DNA from: Octopus sinensis
Taxonomy: Eukaryota
NCBI RefSeq assembly: GCF_006345805.1
Contig: NC_043010.1
Location: 9,982,001-10,046,000 of the forward strand
Length of the DNA: 64,000 nucleotides
Direction of reading: 5' to 3'
Below, piece after piece: positions 12,311-25,650 of the stretch. Under the pieces are notes generated by a model. The model was not told where the DNA came from, searched no databases, and saw only the letters and a program-made list of their open reading frames with translations. Made by a program: the position numbers and the translations under genes. Positions within the stretch are counted from its first letter, which is position 1. Each line of letters opens with the position of its first letter.

Positions 12311-14128
12311 TCTACAAGTTCCATTGTTCTTCACCACTATTCCTCTACAGGTCCCACAGTTTTCCACCCACTATTCCTCTACAGGTCCCACTGTTCCTCT
12401 ACAGGTCCCACTATTCCTCAACAGGTCCCACTGTTCTCCACCCACTATTCCTCTACAGGTCCCACTATTCTCCACCCAGTAATCCTCTACAGGTCCCACT
12501 GTTCTCCACCCACTATTCCTCAACAGGTCCCACTATTTTCTACCCACTATTCCTCTACAGGTCTCACTGTCTTCCACCCACTATTCTTCTACAGGTCCCA
12601 CTGTTCTCCACCCAGTATTCCTCTACAGGTCCCACAGTCTTCCACCCACTATTCCTCTACAGGTCCCACTGTTCTCCACCCACTATTCCTCAACAGGTCC
12701 CACAGTCTTCCACCCACTATTCCTCTACAGGTCCCACTGTTCTCCATCCACTATTCCTCAACAGGTCCCACAGTCTTCCACCCACTATTCCTCTACAGGT
12801 CCCACTGTTCTCCACCCACTATTCCTTTACAGGTCCCACTGTCTTCCACCCACTATTCCTCTATAGGTCCCACTGTCTTCCACCCAGTATTCCTCAACAG
12901 GTCCCACTGTTCTCCACCCAGTATTCCTCTACAGGTCCCACTGTTCTCCACCCAGTATTCCTCTATAGGTCCCACTATTCTCCACCCACTATTCCTCTAC
13001 AGGTCCCATGGTTCTTCACCACTATTCCTCTACAGGTCCCACTATTCTCCACCCGCTATTCCTCTAGAGGTCCAACTGTTCTCCACCCAGTATTCCTCAA
13101 CAGGTCCCACTATTCTCCACCCACTATTCCTCTACAGGTCCCACTGTTCTCCACCCACTATTCCTCTATATGTCCCACTGTCTTCCACCCACTATTCCTC
13201 AACAGGTCCCACTATTCTCCACCCAGTATTCCTCTACAGTCCCACTATTCTCTACCCACTATTCCTCTACAGGCCCCACTGTTCTCCATCCACTATTCCT
13301 CTACAGGCCCCACTGTTCTCCACCCACTATTTCTCTATATGTCCCACTGTCTTCCACCCACTATTCCTCAACAGGTCCCACTATTCTCCACCCAGTATTC
13401 CTCTACAGGTCCCACTATTCTCTACCCACTATTCCTCTACACACCCCACTGTTTTCCATCTACTATTCCTCTACAGGCCCCACTGTTCTTCACCACTATT
13501 CCTCTACAGGTCCCACAGTTTTCCACCCACTATTCCTCAACAGGTCCCACTATTCTCCACCCACTATTCCTCTACAGGTCCCACTGTTCTCCACCCACTA
13601 TTCCTCTATATGTCCCACTGTCTTCCACCCACTATTCCTCTACAGGTCCCACTGTTCTCCACCCACTATTTCTCTACAGGTCCCACTATTCTCCACACAC
13701 TATTCCTCAACAGGTCCCACTGTTCTTCACCCACTATTCCTCAATAGGTCCCACTGTTCTCCACCCACTATTCCTCAACAGGTCCCACAGTCTTCCACCC
13801 ACTATTCCTCTACAGGTCCCACTGTTCTCCACCCTATTCCTCTATAGGTCCCACTGTTCTCCACCCTATTCCTCTATAGGTCCCACTGTTCTCCACCCAG
13901 TATTCCTCTATAGGTCCCACTATTCTCCACCCACTATTCCCCTATAGGTCCCACTGTCTTCCACCCAGTATTCCTCTACAGGTCCCACTATTCTCCACCC
14001 ACTATTCCTCAACAGGTCCCACTATTCCTCAACAGGTCCCACTGTTTTCCACCCACTATTCCTCTACATGTCCCACTATTTCTCTACAGGTCCCACTGTT
14101 CTCCACCCACTATTCCTCTATAGGTCCC
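12311..14128. repeat. 34-bp minisatellite, about 50 copies
   Basis: Unit ctattcctctacaggtcccactgttctccaccca with single-base variants; no spacers. Confidence 0.95.
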
Positions 14129-15140
14129 AATCAAAATGGCACTCCATCAGTTCAACAGAACAACTTGCTTGTGAAATTAACCTGCAAGTGGCTGAGCATT
14201 CCACAAACATGTGTATCCTTAATATGGTTCTCAAGGAGATTCAGCATGGCAAGGCTGGTCCTTTGAAATATAGATACTACACATTTTTGTCAGCTGAATA
14301 GACTGGAGCAATGTAAAATAAAGTGTCTTGCTCAAGGACACAATGGATCACCACGAATTGAATTCATGACCTTACGATCATGCACCAGATAATCTAACCA
14401 CCAAGCTATGCACCTTAACAAGGTCACAATCAGAAGCAAGCTTTATTTACAATTCATTAGTAGATTCCCAAGTGTGAACACATGTGATTATGGATACTGT
14501 TTAACCATTTCATTCTTGGTCTGCCTATGGGTCCCACTGTTCTCCACTTTAAAAAGGTCCACTCTAAAAAAATCCATGTCACTTGCACTTTTACTTTCTT
14601 TTAAAGAAAATATTCAACTGAGAACTCTGAATGCTGAAGGATCAATTCTTCCATTTATGTGTTTTGGTTTGCATGATCCCTAATGTGAAATCGGGTGTTG
14701 AAACAGACATTTTTATATTTCAGGGTGGACATTTCTTTTCTTTTCTTTGCCACATAAGCACATGTGTTGTATATTCGCTCTTCACTTAAGCTTTATTATT
14801 GTTCTTATTTTAGTGACCCTCACCTGAAATATTTTGCTACACATCTTGTGACCTCTTCAGCAGCTCTTCATCCCACGGGTCACCTCTTGTCCTATTTTTC
14901 TAGAAAGTCAGAATAGACTAAAGAGAGAAAGAGGAGACATGTGATGGAGACTTGCTAAAGAGGTCACAAAATGTGTGATGAAAGATTTTAGAAGAAGGTC
15001 ACTAAAATAAAAGCAATAATAAATCTAAAGGGAAGAACAAATATACAGTGCATGCATTTAATTGACAAAAGAAAGAAAATGATCATCCTGACATATATAA
15101 CATTAGGATAATTTTTCTTATTAACTAATTTATAACTATA

Positions 15141-15544
15141 GGCGCAGGAGTGGCTGTGTGGTAAGTAGCTTGCTAACCAACCACATGGTTCCGGGTTCAG
15201 TCCCACTGTGTGGCATCTTGGGCAGGTGTCTTCTGCTATAGCCCCGGGCTGACCAATGCCTTGTGAGTGGATTTGGTAGATGGAAACTGAAAGAAGCCTG
15301 TCGTATATATGTATATATATAGGTGTGTATGTGTGTGTGTTTGTCCCCCTAGCATTGCTTGACAACCGATGCTGGTGTGTTTACATCCCCGTCACTTAGT
15401 GGTTTGGCAAAAAGAGGCCGATAGAATAAGTACTGGGCTTACAAAGAATAAGTCCCGGGGTCGATTTGCTCGACTAAAGGCGGTGCTCCAGCATGGCCGC
15501 AGTCAAATGACTGAAACAAGTAAAAGAGTAAAAGAGTAAAAGAA
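15141..15544 (+). mobile_element. SINE family A
   Basis: Full length, ggcgcaggagtggctgtgtgg to the (aaagagt)n tail. Confidence 0.9.
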
Positions 15545-15808
15545 TCTTTCTGGAACTCCCTGGCAGACCAAACATTCATCTCTAACAATACATACATATA
15601 CCCAGGCTTATTCCCCATTTTTTATTAGGGGTGGGTAGCCACAAGACACAGACCAGGCATTCCATTCATTCCCCAGCTCAAAGAGGTGAACCCTGTCCTA
15701 TGATTTGGTCAACCCCCCAATATCAGCAGTGGGGCCTGACAGCATATGCTTGGTTTACCCCCACTGCATCATGCTGGTTTTGTACCCCTTTAAACAACAT
15801 CAAATTCA

Positions 15809-15983
15809 CAACTGATGGTGGTGTGTTTATGTCCCCGTTACTTAGCGGTTCGGCAAAAGAGACCGATAGAATAAGTACTGGGCTTACAAAAGAATAAGTC
15901 CCAGGGTCGAGTTGCTCGATTAAAGGCGGTGCTCCAGCATGGCCGCAGTCAAATGACTGAAACAAGTAAAAGAGTAAAAGAGT
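15809..15983 (+). mobile_element. SINE family A, 3' half
   Basis: Match to the 3' body and tail. Confidence 0.85.
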
Positions 15984-16299
15984 ATACATACATACATACA
16001 TACATACATACATACATACATACATACATGCATATATACGTACGAATATACATACGTGCATACACATATCTGTGGTGCACTAGTGCCCTATAAATGCACT
16101 ATTGCCTCACAAATTGAAACACTGCCCTAACATATTAAAGAAATATTTTTTAAAATATAAAGAATATATGGAGTGGTCATGGAGGGAATGTCTCTAATCA
16201 TTAGTCTTCAGAATTTGGAGCTAAGCAGCAGCAACAACAATGAAAATCAAAACAATATTTCACCAATATATAACCAAGTAATTAGTCAATACATTTCAC

Positions 16300-16945
16300 A
16301 CCAATGTTCACCATTACCACTGCTACCACCACCACCATCACCACCACCACCACCACCACCACCACCACTGCTGCCACCAACACCACCACCACCATCACCA
16401 TCAATACCACTGCTCACAACACTCCAACCTATACTACCACCACTGCTGGTATCACAATAACAACCACCACAACCACTACCACTGCTACCACCATCACCAC
16501 GATTACAACCACCACAACCATCACCATCATACCATCAACATTACTACCACTAACACTAACACTACCACTACCGCAACCACCACCACCACCACACCACCAT
16601 CATACCATCAACATTACTACCACTAACACTACCACTACCACTACCGCAACCACCACCACCACTACCACCACCATCATACCATCAACATTACTACCACTAA
16701 CACTACCACTACCACTACCACTACCACTACCGCAACCACCACCACCACCACCACCACCATCATACCATCAACATTACTACTACTAACACTACCACTACCA
16801 CTACCGCAACCACCACCACCACCACCACCACCATCATACCATCAACATTACTACCACTAACACTACCACTACCACTACCACTACCACTACCGCAACCACC
16901 ACCACCACCACCACCACCACCACCATCATACCATCACCACAGCAT
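16300..16945. repeat. Degenerate (ACC/ACT)n array with higher-order units
   Basis: catcataccatcaacattactaccactaacacta recurs at variable spacing. Confidence 0.9.
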
Positions 16946-17363
16946 TGGCAACACTTACACTTTTGATCGCATACTTCAGCAGATATTTTGACACATTTTA
17001 CACAAATCGAATTCCGTCTCCCTTAAAAATCCTATCAATATCCCAGACATCTGCCTAGGCTTGTGTCACAGTGTTACAGGGTAAACTGGTGTGGAATTCT
17101 CCTATGTCTCTTTCAGGTAGAAAGAAAGTGGATGATGTTTACAGAGGAATGAATGTACAAAAACCAGAAGTGTGCGGTGGTTGTGATGGTGGTGGTGGTG
17201 GTGATGGTGGTGGTGTTGGTGCTTGGGATGGGTTGTGGGAGGGAAAAGGCATTTCTGTCTTTTCTCGAGGGTATTAACTGCAGAAGTAGTGTGGCTGATG
17301 ATGTGATGTAGTTAGAATGAGGAACTGAAATCGTGTCACAGAAAATAGCTTGGTGTGTATGTG

Positions 17364-17403
<40 letters not shown>

Positions 17404-17492
17404 TTATATATGTATATATAATAGCTATAACTCTTTGACTGCTATTTCTAAATTCGGTATGTGGTAAGGCAATTCGTTGCTAAACCCTTTTG

Positions 17493-17523
<31 letters not shown>

Positions 17524-17709
17524 AACATGCAACACACACACACCATCACCACTACCACCTCCACCACCACCACGATAACACCCACCACAACCATCACCAC
17601 CGCCACCACACACACACACATACACATATATACATACATATATATATATATACACATACATATATATATATATACACATACACATATATATATATATATA
17701 TATATACTC

Positions 17710-18098
17710 ATTTACTTGTTTCAGTCATTTGACTGCGGCCATGCTGGAGCACCGCCTTTAGTCGAGCAAATCGACCCTGGGACTTATTCTTTGTAAGCCC
17801 AGTACTTATTCTATGGGTCTCTTTTGCCGAACTGCTAAGTGACGGGGACGTAAACACACCAGCATCGGTTGTCAAACAATGCTAGGGGGACAAACACAGA
17901 CACACAAACACACACACACATATATATATATATACATATATACGACAGGCTTCTTTCAGTTTCCGTCTACCAAATCCACTCACAAGGCATTGGTCGGCCC
18001 GGGGCTATAGCAGAAGACACTTGCCCAAGATGCCACGCAGTGGGACTGAACCTGGAACCATGTGGTTGGTTAGCGAGCTACTTACCACACAGCCACTC
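17710..18098 (-). mobile_element. SINE family A
   Basis: Near full-length match. Confidence 0.9.
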
Positions 18099-18471
18099 CA
18101 TATATATACATATATGCATTTGGATTTGGTGGCTGGAAACTGAAAGAAGCCTGTCTATATATATATATATGTATGCATGTATGTGTGTGTGTATCAATGT
18201 AGGTATGTGTGTATGTATGTATCTTTTATCTTTTACTCGTTTCAGTCATTAGACTGCAACCATGCTGGGTAACTACCTGGAAGGGTTTTAAATGAATGAA
18301 TCGATCTCAGTATTTATTTTATTAAAGCATAATACTTATTCTATTCATCCCTTGCACTGAAGTTACAATGAACATAAACAAACAAACACTGATTGTCAAT
18401 CAGTGTTGTTAGGGAGCAAATACAAAGACACACATTTAGATATATACTTATATATACATATACAGATAAGC

Positions 18472-18506
<35 letters not shown>

Positions 18507-18694
18507 ATATATACATATATGTATGTATATATACATACATATATATATATATATATTATATATATATATATGTATGTATATATGTATGTATATATACTAC
18601 ATATATATATATATATCATATATATGTATGTATATATACATACTATATATATATATATATATTATATATTATATACATATATATGTATGTATAT

Positions 18695-18749
<55 letters not shown>

Positions 18750-19091
18750 TTCATAGATAAATATATCATTATTCAGTTTTATATCAAGATTCTTGTCAAT
18801 AGAAGAAGTTGGTTTCTAACCGAGATCCAACCCTTCTTCACTGGAATTTCACCAACATCAACAGGGTATTTTTGTATGTATGTATACATGCAGATTTGTG
18901 TGTTTTGTTTCATGTATATATTCTCATGCATATAGTTGCAAATCTAAACATTCTCATATTTACCTAAATGATAAACTTCTGGGAAGTTTTACAGATTTTT
19001 ACAGTTCCAGTGATTGATTGGATTTCTAGTCTTCAAATAAAGCTTTCTCCTTTCTGGTTTCTCAAGATTGATATTTAGGCAGTGTGTTACA

Positions 19092-19470
19092 TCATCATCA
19101 TCGTCTAACGTCTGCTTTGCATGCTAGCATGGGTTGGACGATTTGACTGAGGGCTGGCGAACCAGATGGCTGCACCAGGCTCCAATCTGATCTGGCAGAG
19201 TTTCTACAGCCGGATGCCCTTCCTAATGCCAACCACTCCGAGAGTGAAGTGGGTGCTTTTACGTACCACCAGCACGAGGGCCAGCTAGGCGGTACTGGAA
19301 CGATCACGCTCAAATGGTGTTTTTTACGTGCCACCTGCACAGGAGCCAGTCCAGCAGTACTGCCAACGACCTCACTCAAAAGTTTTTTCATGTGCCACCG
19401 ACACAAGCGCCAGTAAGGCGACACTGGTAATGATCACACTCGAATGGTGCTTTTTACATTACATATGCCC
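19092..19470 (-). mobile_element. SINE-like family C
   Basis: Reverse complement of the 8596-9028 family, (gat)n tail near 19092. Confidence 0.8.
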
Positions 19471-21616
19471 TGATAATTATAGGTATATAGCTGAACTTGT
19501 AATCTGTATGTATATATGTATATACCTATGTATGTAATGTATGTATGCATATACGTATATGTGTGTTTATGTTTTTGTTATATCAATCTTGTCTAGGTTT
19601 CAAGGAAGATTGTCCATTTGACCTGACAACCAGTCCTAGACTATCCCCCTTAATTTATATCCATATGGATAGTAGAGAGTTTACAGCCCTCTACTGTCCC
19701 CTTAAATATTATGTGGCATGCAAAATTCTTGAAACTTTTGGGTGAAAAAGTGTATGCATTTCAAACTTTCAGCATCAGTCATTGTATTTAGTGTGGAACA
19801 CTGATGAGGTAAAGTGCAAGATTGCGTAATGTTTCTTCAATGTTTATGCAACTATTATGGCATTTTGGTGAAACATGTGAATGCTCTATAAAGCATTGAA
19901 TACCATACCTATTTTCATGATATGTATACATACACACACATATATATATATATGTTTGTGTGTATATACAAACATATACATATATATATCTGTATGTATA
20001 TGCACATATACACATACATACACACACAGACATCTATATATTCACAGATACATGGCTAGTTTAGACACAAACATTCACACATGCAACACCGCCACTCACA
20101 TTTCATACACAAGCATGCATGTACTCACACACACACATTTATATGTATTTATGTATATGTACACATACATGTGTACGTGTACACATTCATGCATGTACAA
20201 AAATTTGAAAGAATCTAAATAGCTCGATACTGATTCACTTCTTTCTTATTTCTTAAGTCTCCATTACTGGAAGATTCCACATGAAAAAAAAAAAAATCAA
20301 AATTGCATGCAGAATCCTTAGGGCACGATTTTTTTTCTTTTTTTCTCTAGGGTAGATGGGTATGTGTGTATAATACATGCTTACCATTCCCCACAAGGCA
20401 GCTTTGATACCAGAAGCATTGAACCCTTTGCTCATATTTAAATTTGAAACTATCTAGTGAAGAAATCCCTAAAATTCCATATGAAACCGAAAAAGAAAAT
20501 AAATAACAATAAATGAATATATAAAATAAATAATTATTCAAATAAAAAAAGCTAAACCATGTTTTAAACCTTAGGGTTAAACAGTAATTTAATATAAGTT
20601 GCATACCTATAAATTTGTATAATTTTTTTTTTTTTTCTGCGTGAAGGCACTCCCTGGGTTCTCATATGTGTATAGTTAACCCCACCCAGGTGCTCAGAAG
20701 GTTTTCCCCACACATTTCTAAGTAGTTGCTCTTACCTGCAAGAAATAACAGCTAAATCTTTCTTGAATCTCACGTTACCAGTGTCTTGCAAAAATGGGAT
20801 TCATTGGATGTTATAGTCCTAGATACGCTATGCCTGAAAAATAAGACAAATTGTCATGGTTTGAATCGCATTGATTATAATTCGGTTCAATTAAGGCTAA
20901 CTTCTGGTTAAACAACAACAACAAAAACAACTTTATTTTGCTCTACTCAATGAAGAACCTGCTTTGTGGTTGATTGACTTGCTAGAAATAGCTGTTAAAT
21001 CTCCCTCATATCACATCTTGTCGCTTTTCAAAAAGGGAAGGCTATGTTGCATAATATGCACAAAATAAGATAGGATGATAAGGTAAGGAATGGATTTACT
21101 CATCAGTCTGCTGTATCAGAATTACCCTTCATAAGTACAGCCATACAATAAAGTAAAGTGGAAATAGAAAATGAGAAGCAATGCATTGATGGTGCCTCCA
21201 AAAAACCCCATATTAAACAAGATGGTTTAACCCATTGGCATTCAGACTACTGTGTCAGAATTAACGATTATTTATCCGCTTAGAATTGTGAATTACACAC
21301 ACACATACGTGTATATATATGTACGTTTGTGTGTGTATATTTGCAAGGATGCCTGTGCACATATCTTTTGCTGGGGTACATTAATGGAGGATGCAAAACA
21401 TCAATAGAAACCAAAATATAATTAAAAAATAATCATCTTATGCTTTTCAAGTGAAGTCCCTTGTGATATTTATTTTGCAACCAGTTACAAATACTCCCTT
21501 GACTGTCTTACAATAAAAAATGCTATGAACCAGTGATTGGCCTATTGGAAACCTGTCACTAATGATGCTATTGTTCCCCATTTGTGATATCAGATAATAA
21601 AGTGTACATGTGTATG

Positions 21617-21664
<48 letters not shown>

Positions 21665-21676
21665 TGTATACATATT

Positions 21677-22089
21677 ACTCTACTCTTTTTACTCTTTTAC
21701 TTGTTTCAGTCATTTGACTGCGGCCATGCTGGAGCACCGCCTTTAGTCAAGCAACTCGACCCCGGGACTTATTGTTTGTAAGCCCAGTACTTATTCTATC
21801 GGTCTCTTTTTGCCGAACCGCTAAGTGACGGGGACGTAAACACACCAGCATCGGTTGTCAAGCTATGCTAGGGGAACAAACACAGACACACAAACACACA
21901 CACATACATATATATATACATATATACGACAGGCTTCTTTCAGTTTCCGTCTACCAAATCCACTCGCAAGGCATTGGTCGGCCCGGGGCTATAGCAGAAG
22001 ACACTTGCCCAAGATGCCACGCAGTGGGATTGAACCCAGAACCATGTGGTTGATAAGGAAGCTACTTACCACATAGCCACTCCTGCGCC
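21677..22089 (-). mobile_element. SINE family A
   Basis: Full-length match. Confidence 0.9.
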
Positions 22090-22327
22090 TATATACATAC
22101 ATTCATACACATACACACATATAGTCTTAGAAATACATAGTAAGATACAGGATAAAACATCACACAATCATACAAGAAATGTTAAGAAAACCAATGCTGA
22201 AATACATTAGAAATATACATGAAATGTGTAGAAACACCATAATCAGGAATTTGGCATGGGCAGAAACACATAGTGAGAGGTAAGAGGTAAAAAAAAATGT
22301 GTGTAGGAAGATAAATTGATCTGTGTA

Positions 22328-22729
22328 TACTCTTTACTCTTTTACTTGTTTCAGTCATTTGACTGTGGCCATGCTGGAGCACCACCTTTAATCGAGCAAC
22401 TCGACCCCGGGACTTATTCTTTTGTAAGCCCAGTACTTATTCTATCGGTCTCTTTTGCCGAACCGCTAAGTAACGGGGACATGAACACACCAGCATCGGT
22501 TGTCAAGCAATGCTAGGGTGACAAACACAGATACACAAACACGCACATATATATATACATATATATGACGGGCTTCTTTCAGTTTCCGTCTACCAAATCC
22601 ACTCACAAGGCATTAGTCGGCCCGGGGCTATAGCAGAAGATACTTGCCCAAGATGCCATGCAGTGGGACTGAACCCGGAACCATGTGGTTGGTAAGCAAG
22701 CTACTTACCACACAGCCACTCCTGCACCT
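22328..22729 (-). mobile_element. SINE family A
   Basis: Full-length match. Confidence 0.9.
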
Positions 22730-22956
22730 ATCTGAAGTAAAAAAAAAAAAATAATAAATAGAGAAGAAAAGAAAGTCAGCGGTGGTGCCCCAGCATGACC
22801 GCGGCCTTCGGGCTAAAACATTTTTAAGGATTTTAAGGATTTAAGAGAAAAACAAAGGATTTGGTCACAGCTGGGATATCTTTGATCTTAGGTCTGCTTG
22901 ATCAAACTAACCTGGGGCTAAACAATAACATTGCTACCATTACCACCACCACCACC

Positions 22957-22988
<32 letters not shown>

Positions 22989-23262
22989 CAACAATAACAA
23001 CTACAGCGACTGTATCAATAATAACTACAACAACATGTCTTGCTTATGGAGTAGTGGTGTGACATTTATAAACGCGGAATGGGAAAGATGCGGGAATGGA
23101 AAGAAACAGAACTGGAGGTAAGATGTGACACGCCTGGATATGTTCTAAGTTTAGGGTGAGAAAAAGTACGTTATTTTACAGACTTTTTCGGGATTTTGTT
23201 TAGATCCTGATCTGCTTTGGGGCTGCAAATTTAAGAGCAAAGACATTTTAATCACGACTGTA

Positions 23263-23433
23263 GGCGCAGGAGTGGCTGTGTGGTAAGTAGCTTGCTAATC
23301 AACCACATGATTCCAGGTTCAGTCCCACTGCGTGGCATCTTGGGCAAGTGTCTTCTACTATAGCCCCGGGCCGACCAATGCCTTGTGAGTGGATTTGGTA
23401 GACGGAAACTGAAAGAAGCCTGTCGTATATATG

Positions 23434-23464
<31 letters not shown>

Positions 23465-23682
23465 ATATGTTTGTATGTCTGTGTTTGTCCCCCTAGCATT
23501 GCTTGACAACCGATGCTGGTGTGTTTACGTCCCTGTCACTTAGCGGTTCGGCAAAGAGACAGATAGAATAAGTACTGGGCTTACAAAGAATAAGTCCCGG
23601 GGTCGAGTTGCTCGACTAAAGGCGGTGCTCCAGCATGGCCGCAGTCAAATGACTGAAACAAGTAAAAGAGTAAAAGAGAGAG
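23263..23682 (+). mobile_element. SINE family A
   Basis: Full-length match. Confidence 0.9.
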
Positions 23683-24033
23683 AGTATCCCTACCTAGGTT
23701 TACATAGGCTAATGTGAGTGAGCTTCCTTTTACAAGACAATAATGCATGACTTGCATAGATATTGCTGCTATTTCTAGCTGGTTGAACAACCATATGGGT
23801 GTTCCCTTGTTGGTGTTTCCTGGATAAAGGTTAATTTCTCGTTTACTTATTATGTAAAGGCACATGGTTTAGTATTCAGTTCCTGGTTTTAAGGTCTTGA
23901 GTTCAATTCCTGGCAATTCCTGTCCTTGAGCAAGACACTTTACTGAGGTATTTCACTTTGCTCCAGTCCACTCAGATGGCAAAAATGATTTATGAATTGT
24001 ACTTGTATTTTAAAGAGCCAGCCTTGTCACCTT

Positions 24034-24447
24034 CTCTTTACTCTTTTACTCTTTTACTTGTTTCAGTCATTTGACTGCGGCCATGCTGGAGCACCGCCTT
24101 TAGTCGAGTAAATCGACCCCATGACTTATTCTTTGTAAGCCCAGTACTTATTCTATTGGTCTCTTTTGCCGAACCGCTAAGTAACGGGGACGTAAACACA
24201 CCAGCATCGGTTGTCAAGCAATGTTGGGGGTGACAAACACAGACACACAAACACACAAATATACATATATATATACATATATATGACGGGCTTCTTTCAG
24301 TTTCCGTCTACCAAATCCACTCACAAGGCTTTAGTTGGCCCGAGGCTATAGTAGAAGACACTTGCCCAAGGTGCCACGCAGTGGGACTGAACCCGGAACC
24401 ATGTGGTTAGTTAGCAAGCTACTTACCACACAGCCACTCCTGCGCCT
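24034..24447 (-). mobile_element. SINE family A
   Basis: Full-length match. Confidence 0.9.
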
Positions 24448-24706
24448 ATTCTGTGTCACATTAAATCACCCTGAGAACTACGTTAAGAGTACACATATTT
24501 GTGGACTGCTCAGTCTCTTGCAAGTTAATTTCACACAGAGTATGTTCCACTAATTGGATGAACTGGAATCTTTGACATTGTAACTGGTAGAGTACCGGTT
24601 GTAGTAGTAACAGACTTACTGTGACGTGGATGAGAAACAATTCTTCAGGACAGAAACCCGTTAGCATTTAAACTGATTATATCAGGCCTAGATGCTCTAC
24701 CTGTTC

Positions 24707-25089
24707 TACAGGGGTTGGACAAAATAATGGAAACATCTAGCAACATAGCATTATAATTTTGAAATATCTATAAAACCATCAAAAGCTTGTTTATTTGAAT
24801 GTGCTTTGATTTGTTATTAGTGTTGCTTAATATGTTTTGTTAAAATTGCTGTTTCTTTTCAGATATTATCAGAAAAAGGTAATTAAAATTCATTAAAATG
24901 ACAGATTTATCAGACTTTCAAAGAGGTCAAATTGTTGGTGTTTGTATGGCAGGCACTAGCATAATGAAAACAGCCAAAATGTTTGGTGTATCAAGAAGTA
25001 CTATCTCGAAAGTAATGACAGCCTTTGAGAAAGTGGGAAAAACCTCCCCATCGAAACAAAACTCTGGATGGTAACCAAAACTTTCAGTT
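24707..25089 (+). mobile_element. Tc1-like DNA transposon 5' fragment
   Basis: TA followed by caggggttggacaaaataatggaaaca (TIR-like); ATG at 24898 gives MTDLSDFQRGQIVGVCMAGTSIMKTAKMFGVSRSTISKVMTAFEKVGKT (paired-like HTH), then a stop. Confidence 0.85.
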
Positions 25090-25553
25090 GGTGAAGAACC
25101 AAAGCACAATAAACTAGTTTTAAGAACTGGAGGTTGGTCAATGTGGAATGAGACAGTTGGGTATGGATATTTAAATGTTGATGATTTTGGCATGGCTGAC
25201 TGAACTTGTTTTGATGACAGTGCAACAATACAATTTGGCACTAGAGGCAAACACTCAAATATCCTTGTTGCTTATTTGGATTATAATCACCCCATTTGAT
25301 TTATATTGATAATACCATACAAAATTCTGGTGCCTTTAACTTAAGTACCATATTCATCTGAATCTAATTTTGCTCTACATATACATATATGCATGTTGTA
25401 CATGTATATATAAGTATATATGTATATACATAAATATATACATATATATTTGTATATATGCATACATACAAACATACACACACTCACACACATGTATATA
25501 TATATGTATGTGTGTGTATATATATATATATGTATAGATATAGATATATATAT

Positions 25554-25601
<48 letters not shown>

Positions 25602-25619
25602 AAATATATCTATATATAT

Positions 25620-25650
<31 letters not shown>

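Noticed and set aside
12311-14128. 34-bp repeats as a CRISPR array or a Pro/Thr-rich gene
   Set aside because: Units are contiguous with no unique spacers, there are no cas genes, and the context is eukaryotic; the ORFs are by-products of the repeat.
15141-15215. SINE heads as tRNA genes
   Set aside because: A and B boxes are present, but each runs into a SINE body and I could not form a proper cloverleaf.
17288-17345. CUGAUGA...GAAAUCGUGUC as a hammerhead
   Set aside because: Stems I and II do not pair.
24863-24878. 16-nt plus-strand microexon
   Set aside because: Lies inside the Tc1-like element leader, not attributable to a host gene.
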